In this document: positions 8,963 through 18,331 of the stretch, in pieces
Position numbering within the stretch: the stretch's first letter is position 1
How the letters are laid out: the number at the start of each line of letters is the position of its first letter
From: Candidatus Wolframiiraptor gerlachensis
GTDB lineage: Archaea; Thermoproteota; Nitrososphaeria_A; Caldarchaeales; Wolframiiraptoraceae
NCBI GenBank assembly: GCA_021323375.2
Contig: JAJPCT020000016.1
Coordinates: forward strand, 64,001 to 128,000
Direction of reading: 5' to 3'
DNA length: 64,000 nucleotides
Notes under the pieces: generated by a model
What the model saw: the letters and a program-made list of their open reading frames with translations, nothing else
Told to the model about the DNA's origin: nothing
The model's database searches: none
Program-made: the position numbers and the translations under genes

Positions 8963-9907
8963 CTAGATCTTGAGCTTCCGCCAGTCGCCCCTGATCTCGG
9001 GTTCGCCCCTAAGCCTTCTCAGGTAATTGTGTGCGGATAGTGCAGCTATCGCGCCCTGAGCTGCTGCTATCACGGCCTGCTTGTATGGCATATCGCAGAC
9101 GTCGCCGGCCGCGAAGACTCCCTCCCTGCTCGTTCTGCCAAGCCTGTCCGTTACAATCTCGCCGCGCTCGTTTAGCTCGATGAATCCCTTGAGCCACCCC
9201 GTATCCGCCGCGTATCCGAGCTCCACGAAGACACCATCAACCTCCAGCTCAATTCTCTCTCCCCTCTCAACTCCCCTCAGGATCAGCTTTCTAACCACGA
9301 TATCGCCGACCACTTCCTCCACCCTCACGCCCGTCATAACCTCCGCGCCTAATCCTCGCAGCTCCCTCAGGAGCCGATCATCCTCCCTAGGCCGCCCCGA
9401 GTAAATCACATAAACCATGTTATCGTAGTTTCTGAGTATCGTGGCAGCCTCATGTGCTTGATCGCCCCAGCCGACTACGGCCACCCTCCTGCCCCTGTAT
9501 AATGGCGCATCGCAGATGGCGCAGTAACTGACACCCCTACCCGCGAAGACATTCTCACCCGGAACACCCATCTTCCTCGGCTTCTTCCCGATAGCGAGGA
9601 TCAGCGCCCGCCCCTCATAGTCACCGCCCCTGCACTTGACCCTGAAGCCGCCCTCCACTTCCTCAACGCCAATCGCTTCATCATAGGATATCTCGGCCCC
9701 AAACTCTCTAGCCTGCTCGAGAATACTGTTCACGAGCTCGAAGCCCGAGACCGAGGGCGAGGCCGGGAAATTCTCTATTCTTGGTACTGTGAGAAGCTGG
9801 CCGCCAATATCCATCGTAACAACAAGTGTTCGCAGACCCTGTCTAGCGGAGTATAGCGCCGCGGTAAGGCCGGCAACACCGCCGCCCACAATCAGTACAT
9901 CATACAT
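8963..9907 (-). CDS. trxB: Thioredoxin reductase
   Basis: GGGVAGLTAA, GVSYCAICD (CxxC), TSREGVFAAGD; likely start MYDVLIVG. Confidence 0.92.
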   Translation of the reverse strand: MYDVLIVGGGVAGLTAALYSARQGLRTLVVTMDIGGQLLTVPRIENFPASPSVSGFELVNSILEQAREFGAEISYDEAIGVEEVEGGFRVKCRGGDYEGRALILAIGKKPRKMGVPGENVFAGRGVSYCAICDAPLYRGRRVAVVGWGDQAHEAATILRNYDNMVYVIYSGRPREDDRLLRELRGLGAEVMTGVRVEEVVGDIVVRKLILRGVERGERIELEVDGVFVELGYAADTGWLKGFIELNERGEIVTDRLGRTSREGVFAAGDVCDMPYKQAVIAAAQGAIAALSAHNYLRRLRGEPEIRGDWRKLKI

Positions 9908-9964
9908 CGCTAGCCTACTTATTCGGCGGAAGCTATAAAGCATGCTCTAGAGCCTTGGAGAAGG

Positions 9965-10162
9965 ATGGAATTGAGCGCGCGAGCAATCCTCATCCCCAAG
10001 ATACTTTTGAAGCTCGCGGCCGCTGCAGCCCTAGCCATACTAGCATACTATGCTTATGAGGGCATATCAGCAGCCCTATCAGCCTCACCCATCTTCGCCG
10101 CCATATTCCTCACACTCCTCACAGCCGCAATAATCATAGGAATCATAAGCCTCCTCACATGA
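9965..10162 (+). CDS. Small 2-TM membrane protein
   Basis: Two hydrophobic stretches; ATG after GGAG. Confidence 0.55.
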   Translation: MELSARAILIPKILLKLAAAAALAILAYYAYEGISAALSASPIFAAIFLTLLTAAIIIGIISLLT

Positions 10163-10366
10163 GAATACGTCGAGCAACAGCTATGCTTAACTACAAGCTG
10201 CGAAAGGCCCATACAAGAAAACAGTTAAACAACGTATTTGCATGCGTTCTACTAAAGACGTTGAGCATTTTTCGAAAAACGTAATAATGGTACCATATCC
10301 CTACAAATTGATGCGTCTTGCTGAGCGATTTTAAACACTTATTAACATCCCCCGACGCATTAATTC

Positions 10367-11248
10367 ATGAAGTATTGTCCGAAGTGTGGTAAGAAGCTTG
10401 AAATTCAATCACCTTACTGCCCATTTTGCGGGGCACTTCTTACAGAGCATCTTCAAGCACAGTATCATGCTGAGAAGAAGAATAGGAGAAAGGCGATAGC
10501 CGCGATCCTAGGGATCTCGGGCCTACTCGGGCTGGGGCTCATCGCATTCAGATACTATGGGGATGAGGTATACGAGTTGCTGAACAGGATTACTGGAGCC
10601 GGAGGGACAACTACGGTTACCAAGACCATAAAACCCACCGAGGCATCAGAGACAAGCCCACTCTCTACGACAACCTATTCAGCCGAGATAACCTCATCAA
10701 GCGCCTGTACCTCATTAACATCCTCACCAATGAGCACGACAGCAACTTCACCCTCCATATCAGGAAGTATTGGAACAACATCAACCGAGATAATATCGAC
10801 AACTAGGACTACTCGCACGACGGCTGTCCCAAGAATACCTGATAGAGACTGGGATCGCATAATATTCCCCTATATTGTGGTTGGTGGGCAGACGGCATAT
10901 GAGGGGTTTGAGGTTATGGTAGAAAATCGTGGAAACGCGCCATCATTCTACACTGTGATGGAGCTTTACAGTAGTTCCAGGGCGATGAACTTAGACCGCC
11001 CGCTGAACAGCTTCAGCCTAGTATGGCGCAGGGTTACAACCCTGAATGCAGGCCAGCGTATCGAGATCGATTTCTCAGAGCTACCCCTAAGCCATGAGGC
11101 CCTAGTATGGGTATGCTATGACCCGATCTTGGATCCGAAAAGCTTCAGAATGGATAGCGATGTCCAGCTCAGGAGCATCTATAGGAGAAGCTATGATAGG
11201 GATAGGCATGTGATGGCGCTTGGCAGATCAGGAATGGTGGAGGATTAG
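10367..11248 (+). CDS. Zinc-ribbon + TM + Ser/Thr-rich linker + beta-sandwich-like domain protein
   Basis: CPKCG...CPFCG, one TM helix, S/T-rich tract, VENRGNAPS. Confidence 0.75.
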   Translation: MKYCPKCGKKLEIQSPYCPFCGALLTEHLQAQYHAEKKNRRKAIAAILGISGLLGLGLIAFRYYGDEVYELLNRITGAGGTTTVTKTIKPTEASETSPLSTTTYSAEITSSSACTSLTSSPMSTTATSPSISGSIGTTSTEIISTTRTTRTTAVPRIPDRDWDRIIFPYIVVGGQTAYEGFEVMVENRGNAPSFYTVMELYSSSRAMNLDRPLNSFSLVWRRVTTLNAGQRIEIDFSELPLSHEALVWVCYDPILDPKSFRMDSDVQLRSIYRRSYDRDRHVMALGRSGMVED

Positions 11249-11251
11249 AAT

Positions 11252-13090
11252 ATGCCGAAGACCGCCATTCACGTGATAGTTCTGGATGAGGTAATCAGAA
11301 GACTTAAGATGAGTGATAATGAGATCGAGAAAAAGCTCGGCATGCTCATGAGCCAACATCGATCCGCAGCAGTTCTAGGGGCTATTGGGCCCGATCTATT
11401 CTTCTGGGCGCCGGACTTCGAGGCCGCGAGAAAGCTCTACAACTTTTACAAGAACTGGAAGATGGTTGTGGACCTCTATAATGAGACCATAGGCAAGGTT
11501 GTGAGGGCTATGGAGGCTCTGGGGGATCCTGTGGAGGATGCTGTTGAGAGCTTAGCACCCTCGACGATAAGCCTCGTGAAGATGCTTATCGAGGAGGTTA
11601 ATGAGACCGTTAGACTCCTCAAGTCAGTAATCGCCACGACACTCTTCAGCGAAGTAATCGAGGGATATAATGCTTTGAGCGATATCTCCGGATCGCCGAG
11701 ACTTTTCCACGCGCTCTTCGACGAGCTCATGCCGCCGATGCAGAAGGGTAAGAGGGAGTCAGAGTGGTATTGGCTTGATATGCTCCATTACAGGGATACC
11801 GGGAGATTCGCCGCAAACCTCATCAACTCCGCGGAACAAGATCCCCAGATAGCCTATGCGCTTGGATATCTAACACATATCGCGACAGATATTGTCGGAC
11901 ACGGCTATATCAACCAGATCGTCGGCGGGCCATACAGAATGCATCTTCAAAGACACATTACAGTTGAGAACTTCATAGACTCGTGGAAATTCTATGAGGT
12001 GTATAATGCTAGCATAAACGAAAAGCTTCACAGCATCTTGGAGCTTCCATCCTCCCTACCACCCGAAATCATCGACCTGATACATGACTCATTTAAGAAG
12101 ACCTATGAGGAGAGACCGCATCCAAACAGGATTAACAAGCCGTATAATGGCTTCCTGAGAAGGGAGGATATATCCGCGACATACGATGCCTATAGATTCA
12201 CCATCGAGGCATTGAAGAGCGTTAGTATAAGACCCCCAGAGGAGCCTTTCAGCGGGGTGATGGATGTCCTATCAGAGGCTTTAGGCGGGATACATGCGCC
12301 TCCATCCCCTCCGAAGCCCAAGAGGATGTGCGATATAGAGGATATACTCGCCATAGGCTTGACCGAGCGCTCAAGGGAGTGTTATGAGGAGTTTGCCAAG
12401 AGCATCGAGGAATGGCTCGAATATCTTGGAGAGCTACTTGAATGGACCCTCGAAACTATACTCGCAATAATAGACTTAATCACTGCCGCGCTTCTATCAT
12501 TGGCGATCATCACATTGATGGCAATACTATACGCCATCCAGCTATTACTATACATACTCCTAAGAAACTTCAGACAACTATATGTCCTAGCAGGCCTACT
12601 CTACCCAGAGCCAGATGAGCTAGAATCAGCCCATGCAAGAAACCTGATAACAAACTATCAATGCGAAAGCGTCGTTGGGCCAGGGGGATACCCACGACTC
12701 CACTCCTGCAATCTGAATAACCTCCAATGCCCCGATACAGAGATCGAACAACCTGGAACAATTCCAGCACTATATCATAGGGGCGCGGAGATAACACCCG
12801 ACTCATTTATAATCAAGGAGGAGTTCGGCCAACAAACAATAGACTCTATCATGCAGTATTCGAGAGCATCAACCCCGGAGAAGACTAGGGAGCTGGAGAT
12901 GGCGGGCCATGCTCTAGGCAATGCCGTAAGCCTCTCACGCTGGCTAATCTTGAACGCCTTCCTAAAGAACAACCTAGACATCGTCTACACGGACTGGAAC
13001 CTAGACTCGGATAGGGGCTATGGATACAAATGCTGGTACTGGGATCAGCAAACCGGTAAGGATGCCTATCTGCGAATAGTGTTCGTCTAA
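11252..13090 (+). CDS. Zinc-dependent phospholipase C family protein
   Basis: MP...H, GAIGPDLFF, DMLHY..TG.F, LGYLTHIATD..GH..IN and RH..VE metal-ligand pattern. Confidence 0.75.
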   Translation: MPKTAIHVIVLDEVIRRLKMSDNEIEKKLGMLMSQHRSAAVLGAIGPDLFFWAPDFEAARKLYNFYKNWKMVVDLYNETIGKVVRAMEALGDPVEDAVESLAPSTISLVKMLIEEVNETVRLLKSVIATTLFSEVIEGYNALSDISGSPRLFHALFDELMPPMQKGKRESEWYWLDMLHYRDTGRFAANLINSAEQDPQIAYALGYLTHIATDIVGHGYINQIVGGPYRMHLQRHITVENFIDSWKFYEVYNASINEKLHSILELPSSLPPEIIDLIHDSFKKTYEERPHPNRINKPYNGFLRREDISATYDAYRFTIEALKSVSIRPPEEPFSGVMDVLSEALGGIHAPPSPPKPKRMCDIEDILAIGLTERSRECYEEFAKSIEEWLEYLGELLEWTLETILAIIDLITAALLSLAIITLMAILYAIQLLLYILLRNFRQLYVLAGLLYPEPDELESAHARNLITNYQCESVVGPGGYPRLHSCNLNNLQCPDTEIEQPGTIPALYHRGAEITPDSFIIKEEFGQQTIDSIMQYSRASTPEKTRELEMAGHALGNAVSLSRWLILNAFLKNNLDIVYTDWNLDSDRGYGYKCWYWDQQTGKDAYLRIVFV

Positions 13091-13173
13091 AAATAAGCTA
13101 GCCAAACATTCACCCCCTTCAAAAGATTGCAGATAATATTTTTAATAGGAGGCAAGTTTGTTGGAAATTTTTG

Positions 13174-13246
13174 GGGCCGGTAGATCAGCTGGGAGATCGC
13201 CCGCCTCGCACGCGGGAGGTCGCGGGTTCAAATCCCGCCCGGTCCA
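13174..13246 (+). tRNA. tRNA-Ala(CGC)
   Basis: GGGCCGG/CCGGTCC acceptor stem with G3-U70, loop CTCGCAC, GGTTCAAATCC. Confidence 0.95.
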
Positions 13247-13346
13247 CTAATTTTTCAAGGATTGATTCGCTGAATACTGTTTCTCCAGTGATTGCTTTGA
13301 TGAGAAAACTGTTGGTGAGGAAAGTAGCATCATTCATCCGTTGATG

Positions 13347-15134
13347 TTATGTGGATAAGTAGTAGTATTCTCCTTGTTCTTTCTGGATTTTGTCGAGTTG
13401 TGAGCCCGGTTTGTTTGCTCTCGGTCTCCCGGTTTCTGGATCTCTTCTAAATGTTATGCCGACTTCTTTTAGGAACTGGTTGAATCCCGTTTTCAGGTCT
13501 GTTGGCGGATTCGCGATGCCATGTATCCCCGGCTCCCCTGTGAAGACCATTAGCCTTGTCGAGGCGAAGTCTAGGACCATGAGATCGTGTTCTACAAGGA
13601 AGATGTAGGCTCTTCTATCCCTTGCGATCCTTCTCAGGTATCTCGCTATCGAGTATCTCTCCTCGACATCTAGGTAGGCGCTTGGCTCATCTAGAAGATA
13701 TATTTCTGCTTCTCTTGATAATGCCTCGGCCACTGAGACCTTCTGGAGCTCCCCGCCGCTCAGCTCGCTCATGTTCCTGTCGAGGAGCCTCTCCAGCTGG
13801 AGTGGCTCGATCACTTCGCTCCAGTAAATCTCCGTCTCGAACTTCGGGCCGGCTGCATCCCTCAACGCCTTCTCCACGACTATGTCCCTAGGCTCAGGGT
13901 ACTGGGGCTTATAGCTCACAGACTTATACTCCAGTCTATAGCCGTCATCGCACTCCTCCACGCCCGCGAGAAGCTTGATGAATGTCGTCTTGCCTATGCC
14001 ATTCGGCCCCAGTATGCCGATGACCTCGCCTGGGTATATTCGGCCGCTTCTAACCTCCAGCCTAAACCCATCATACGTCTTCGTCATCTCAGGCCACTCA
14101 AGTGGCATACCGCCCTCAATGATCTCCTGCTGCGATGGTGGCCTAACCTGAAAGGTTATCCTCTCCGACCTGAACCTAACATTATCTGTCGGGATATAGC
14201 CATTCAGGAAGATGTTTATTCCCTCTCTAACGCCGAATGGTCCCGAGACTATGCCGAAGATGCCGGCTCTGCCATAGAGTATGAAGACCTTGTCCGAGAG
14301 ATAGTCGAGGACAGCGAGGTCGTGATCGCAGACGAGTATCCTGATGTTACTGCTGAGCATTGACCTTATCGCTGCGGCGGCTCTAAGTCTCTGCCTTATG
14401 TCTAGGAAGCTAGATGGCTCATCCACGATGAATGTGTTCGCGTCCCTGGCTAGGCATGCGGCGAGGGCGAGCCTCTGAAGCTCTCCACCACTAAGGGCTG
14501 AGACCTCCCGATTCAGCAGGTGCCCGAGCTCAAATAGCTCGATAACCTTCTCCAGCTTACCGGGGCTCGCAACGCGCCTAAGAACATCTCCAACCTTCCC
14601 CCGGACTACCTTTGGTATCTTCTCGATATACTGTGGCTTGTAGCTTATCTTGATCTCACCTCTAGCTATTCTGGTGAAATAGTCTTGGAGAAGTGTTCCC
14701 CTGAATTGCCTCGCAAGCTCCTCATAGCTCGGCTCACTCGAGTCAAATCTTCCTAGGTTCGGCTTCAGGATGTTGGCGAGTATCTGGAGGGCCGTGCTCT
14801 TCCCGGTTCCATTCTTACCGATCAGGCCGACGACTGCACCGGGCTCCGGATATGGAAGCCTATAAAGCCTGAAAGTATTTGGCCCATACTGGTGAACAAG
14901 ATCGGACTCGAGCTCCCGAGGAAGGTTGACGATCGTGATAGCCTTGAATGGGCACTTAGAGGCGCACAAGCCACAGCCTATACATAGCGGCTCGACGATC
15001 ACCGGGTAACCATCTTCACCCAGCTTGACGACCTCGATGCCGCTCCTCACCTTCGGGCAGAACCTGGTACATTCTAACCCACACTTCTTCGGGTCACACT
15101 TCTCCCTGTCAATGACCGCTACCCTAAGCTGCAT
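13347..15134 (-). CDS. rli: ABCE1/RLI ribosome recycling ATPase
   Basis: N-terminal 2x[4Fe-4S] Cys motifs, two ABC domains, GITFRRDPETGRPRANK. Confidence 0.96.
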   Translation of the reverse strand: MQLRVAVIDREKCDPKKCGLECTRFCPKVRSGIEVVKLGEDGYPVIVEPLCIGCGLCASKCPFKAITIVNLPRELESDLVHQYGPNTFRLYRLPYPEPGAVVGLIGKNGTGKSTALQILANILKPNLGRFDSSEPSYEELARQFRGTLLQDYFTRIARGEIKISYKPQYIEKIPKVVRGKVGDVLRRVASPGKLEKVIELFELGHLLNREVSALSGGELQRLALAACLARDANTFIVDEPSSFLDIRQRLRAAAAIRSMLSSNIRILVCDHDLAVLDYLSDKVFILYGRAGIFGIVSGPFGVREGINIFLNGYIPTDNVRFRSERITFQVRPPSQQEIIEGGMPLEWPEMTKTYDGFRLEVRSGRIYPGEVIGILGPNGIGKTTFIKLLAGVEECDDGYRLEYKSVSYKPQYPEPRDIVVEKALRDAAGPKFETEIYWSEVIEPLQLERLLDRNMSELSGGELQKVSVAEALSREAEIYLLDEPSAYLDVEERYSIARYLRRIARDRRAYIFLVEHDLMVLDFASTRLMVFTGEPGIHGIANPPTDLKTGFNQFLKEVGITFRRDPETGRPRANKPGSQLDKIQKEQGEYYYLST

Positions 15135-15142
15135 ATCCCGCG

Positions 15143-16510
15143 CTATGCTCCCCCGCTAAGCCTCCTTATAGTCTCCATTATCACGTTCTCCGCCTCGCCC
15201 ACTATCTCGCTCAGCCTCTTCTCCGTCCTCGCCTCTGCCGTCATCTTCACCTGGGGCATGGTGTTGGACTGTCTAACAAGGATCCAGCCATCATCGAAAT
15301 AGGCCTTTACACCATCTATAGTGCTCACCTTGAGGCCCTTCTCCCGATAGTATCTCGCGATTTCCTCCACGACCCTAGCCTTCAACTCATCCGGGCACTC
15401 GAACGTCTTTATCGGTATAGATGGATACTTGGGTATCTCATCAACGAGCTTGGAGAGCTTCTTACCCGTCCTCGCAACTATCTCCGCCATCTTAAGGGTC
15501 GCGTAAACCGCGTCATCAAAGCCCCAAATCTCCGGGAAGTAGAAGTGGTTACTCTTCTCGCCGCCGATGACCGCTTTCAGCTCCCTGACAGCGTTCAGGA
15601 GGAAAGCTCTTCCAACTCTCATCTCGACGGGCTCGCACCCCTTCTCGAGAATAATCTCCCTAAGAGCGCTGCTACTCGACACGTCATAGACAACCTTACC
15701 CCGTTTATCCAAATGCTTGACATAGATCGCGAGCGTGATGTCCCCTGGGATTATCCTGCCTAGATCATCCACGAAGACAACTCTATCTCCATCACCATCA
15801 AATCCAGCGCCAAAGTCTGCTCCTGATTCAACAACGATTCGCTGTAGATCCTTTAAGGTCTCCTCTGTGGGCTCGGGGAGGTGGCCCGGGAAACGGCCAT
15901 CTGGAACATCATTTATGCTCACGATCTCTATTCCAAGCCTCTCCGCTATCTTGGGGAATGGTATTGCAGCCGCCCCATTAGAATAGTCCACCGCGATCTT
16001 CATACGGGCACCTATCCTGAACTTTGAGACCATGAACTCGATATAGGGCGCGAGTATGTCAACCTTCTCAATCTTTCCCGGCCTCTCACCCTCCCTAAAC
16101 CTCCTATTAATGATCATGTCTCTCAGTTCCTCCATTCCGGCTCCGGCCGAGAGCGTCGCTCCTCCCTGCTTCACGATCTTAAACCCATTCCACTCGGGCG
16201 GATTATGGCTCGCTGTGACCTGAACCCCTCCATCAACTTTGAAATAAACCGTGGAGAAGTATAGCATGGGCGTCGAGACCATTCCAACATCCAGCACATC
16301 ACATCCAGCTCTGGTCAAGCCCCTCGCCAAACCCGCTACCAGCACCTCTCCACCTATCCTAACATCCCTACCAACAACAACCCTGCCACGATTACCGAGA
16401 AATGTCCCATAGGCTAGGCCGATGAGCTCGGCGACCACCTCATCCAGATCCTGACCATAGACCCCCCTAATGTCATAAGCTCTAAAGATGTGCGGCTTCA
16501 CGGAAACCAT
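15143..16510 (-). CDS. Phosphomannomutase/phosphoglucomutase
   Basis: FRAYDIRG, TASHNP, FDGDGDR, GEKSNH. Confidence 0.94.
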   Translation of the reverse strand: MVSVKPHIFRAYDIRGVYGQDLDEVVAELIGLAYGTFLGNRGRVVVGRDVRIGGEVLVAGLARGLTRAGCDVLDVGMVSTPMLYFSTVYFKVDGGVQVTASHNPPEWNGFKIVKQGGATLSAGAGMEELRDMIINRRFREGERPGKIEKVDILAPYIEFMVSKFRIGARMKIAVDYSNGAAAIPFPKIAERLGIEIVSINDVPDGRFPGHLPEPTEETLKDLQRIVVESGADFGAGFDGDGDRVVFVDDLGRIIPGDITLAIYVKHLDKRGKVVYDVSSSSALREIILEKGCEPVEMRVGRAFLLNAVRELKAVIGGEKSNHFYFPEIWGFDDAVYATLKMAEIVARTGKKLSKLVDEIPKYPSIPIKTFECPDELKARVVEEIARYYREKGLKVSTIDGVKAYFDDGWILVRQSNTMPQVKMTAEARTEKRLSEIVGEAENVIMETIRRLSGGA

Positions 16511-16718
16511 AATTATCTAGTATCAGAGTTGCTCAGCCTCAACTTTAACCCTTTTTCAAGGCCAAGTATGGCCAAAATGCACCAAAACATAGCTCAATAA
16601 TGGCGCAGCGCGGGGCTGTTCATCACCCCTAATATACCTTTCTCAGGCTTAGGGGCCGAAAAAACCCCGGAGTAAAGCTAAATTTATGGGCTTGAAAAAC
16701 ACGAATAATTGAGAAAAC

Positions 16719-16895
16719 ATGCCCCGTGAAAGGATCGTGGTTGAATCAAAGGTACGAGAGCTTCTGCCGGAAGGAATACGCCTCGCATCCGACGCTCTCG
16801 ACGGACTCGACCAAGCCGTTAGAGAACTGATAAACAAGGCCGTGCAAAGATGCAAAGCAAATGGAAGAAAGACAATAATTAAAGAGGACTTCTAA
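16719..16895 (+). CDS. Short histone-fold protein, 58 aa (MPRERIVVESKVRELLPEGIRLASDALDGLDQAVRELINKAVQRCKANGRKTIIKEDF)
   Basis: Manually translated, missed by the track. IVVxSKV...A..R.KANGRKT...D pattern of DUF1931/Bd0055-like truncated-alpha3 histones; AT-rich promoter-like sequence upstream. Confidence 0.85.
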   Translation: MPRERIVVESKVRELLPEGIRLASDALDGLDQAVRELINKAVQRCKANGRKTIIKEDF

Positions 16896-16984
16896 CACTC
16901 TCCAACACACTATTTTCTATTCCTCCCAAAGATTTTTCCAGGATGAAAAAATGGAACGATGTGGAAATTGAACTGTTATCCTTA

Positions 16985-18169
16985 TTACCAGTACTTGATC
17001 CCCCTATTCTTAATGTAGTCGTAGACCTTTTTCGCGGTCTTCTCCATCCCGAAGGCCTTAAGGTGTAGAAGGGTCTCCGCATACGCCTTGCTCCTTATCG
17101 CGTTCTTAGTCTCGTCTGATATCTTGTCGAATTCGTTGAAGAACTGTTTTAGCGCGAACTTAGAGTTCTCGACGAATATTTCAGCCTCAGGCACCCCCTC
17201 CTTTCTATAGCTCTCAATAACCCACTTGTAGACCCTCCGGTATAGTTCTGGCTCGTAGATTCTCAAGATATCATAGACCATGAGCATATAGATTGTCGCG
17301 ACGTTGCCCTTACCTATCACCCCCTTCGGGAATTTTTCTGCAATGAGGTGGAGTGGTGTCCCGCTCACGCCATGCTGAGCAACTCTAGTTGGATACCCGT
17401 TATCCCATAATGCTCGAACTATCTCAACTGTGCGCTGGATGTTTATCCCGAGCTGTGGTATTATATTACCCTCCGCGTCCACCGAGACGCCATGTTTTGA
17501 GCCATTGTTTATCGCGAGCCAGTGGAGGTCGACTCCATTCTGCTTCATGCTCTTCACGTAGTGTAAGGCCTCCTCGACAGTTGTTAGCTCTGTCTTGCCT
17601 ATCTCGCCGACCTCGCCCTCCCTACCATAGTTCCTGTGCCCTATCAGCTCATCTAAGTACCTGAACATCTCTGTGCCAACCTCAATTATCCGCTTAAGTT
17701 GCTCAGGCACGGTATCCTTGGTTAGGTCGAAGAGGTATGAGGCGTCTATGGCGAAGCTTGTGAACCCTGCCTCAACCCTAGCGGCAAGCTCTCGCTTAAC
17801 GTTCTCGATCTCCTCATCGGTGCCCTTCCTGATCACGACGTGATCTGCGTGGAGGACGTAGCCATACCAGCCGACATTCTCCGCAGCCTTTCTCACGCGC
17901 TCGGCGAATGTTTTAGGTGTCAGGCCGGTATAACCTCCCTTCAAGTTCATCTCGGATAGGGCTAGCTCAAGGATCACCACGTTCTCAGTATCCTTGGCCG
18001 CCTTCAGAACCCCCTCAATCACCTCGAGGGTAACCCTTGGATTGACCGCGAGGACTATCTCCCTCGGCGGCGTCAAGGCCTCGAAGAGAACATTCCCCGG
18101 TATCGGGGGCTTGGGATCCTCGAAAAATGCCACATGCTCTGGTTTCATCCAGTCAGCCACCTCAATCAC
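16985..18169 (-). CDS. fba: Class II (metal-dependent) fructose-bisphosphate aldolase family
   Basis: LHADH, GFTS..IDAS, EGEVGEIG, NGSKHG, QHGVSG, KGNVAT. Confidence 0.85.
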   Translation of the reverse strand: MIEVADWMKPEHVAFFEDPKPPIPGNVLFEALTPPREIVLAVNPRVTLEVIEGVLKAAKDTENVVILELALSEMNLKGGYTGLTPKTFAERVRKAAENVGWYGYVLHADHVVIRKGTDEEIENVKRELAARVEAGFTSFAIDASYLFDLTKDTVPEQLKRIIEVGTEMFRYLDELIGHRNYGREGEVGEIGKTELTTVEEALHYVKSMKQNGVDLHWLAINNGSKHGVSVDAEGNIIPQLGINIQRTVEIVRALWDNGYPTRVAQHGVSGTPLHLIAEKFPKGVIGKGNVATIYMLMVYDILRIYEPELYRRVYKWVIESYRKEGVPEAEIFVENSKFALKQFFNEFDKISDETKNAIRSKAYAETLLHLKAFGMEKTAKKVYDYIKNRGIKYW

Positions 18170-18331
18170 AAGTTAGCGCTCCTATAATTTAACACTTTGC
18201 ATATAGGAAAAGGCTAAATACCATGCTCCAGCCGAGGGCGGCCATTTTAACATCGAAAAAGCATCCCCTACAGCCCCTTTTTAGCCCCCTCTCCTTAGAC
18301 TTAGAGGGCTGCATCGAGGGGTTAAGCCCTC

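Larger units (their letters stand above)
7843..8977. mobile_element. Insertion B: decayed RNA-guided element between trxB and the ABC operon; GCTT core at 7843-7846 and 8974-8977
   Basis: AT-rich. Contains a decayed homolog of 23831-24691 and the hairpin cassette. Joining the cores gives trxB ...DWRKPQGIYA* with TGA overlapping the ABC TTG start. Confidence 0.8.

Noticed and set aside
9925-9939. Primary insertion site of element B
   Set aside because: The 7843/8974 junction pair brackets the element and rebuilds the operon; 9925 is kept only as a possible secondary site.
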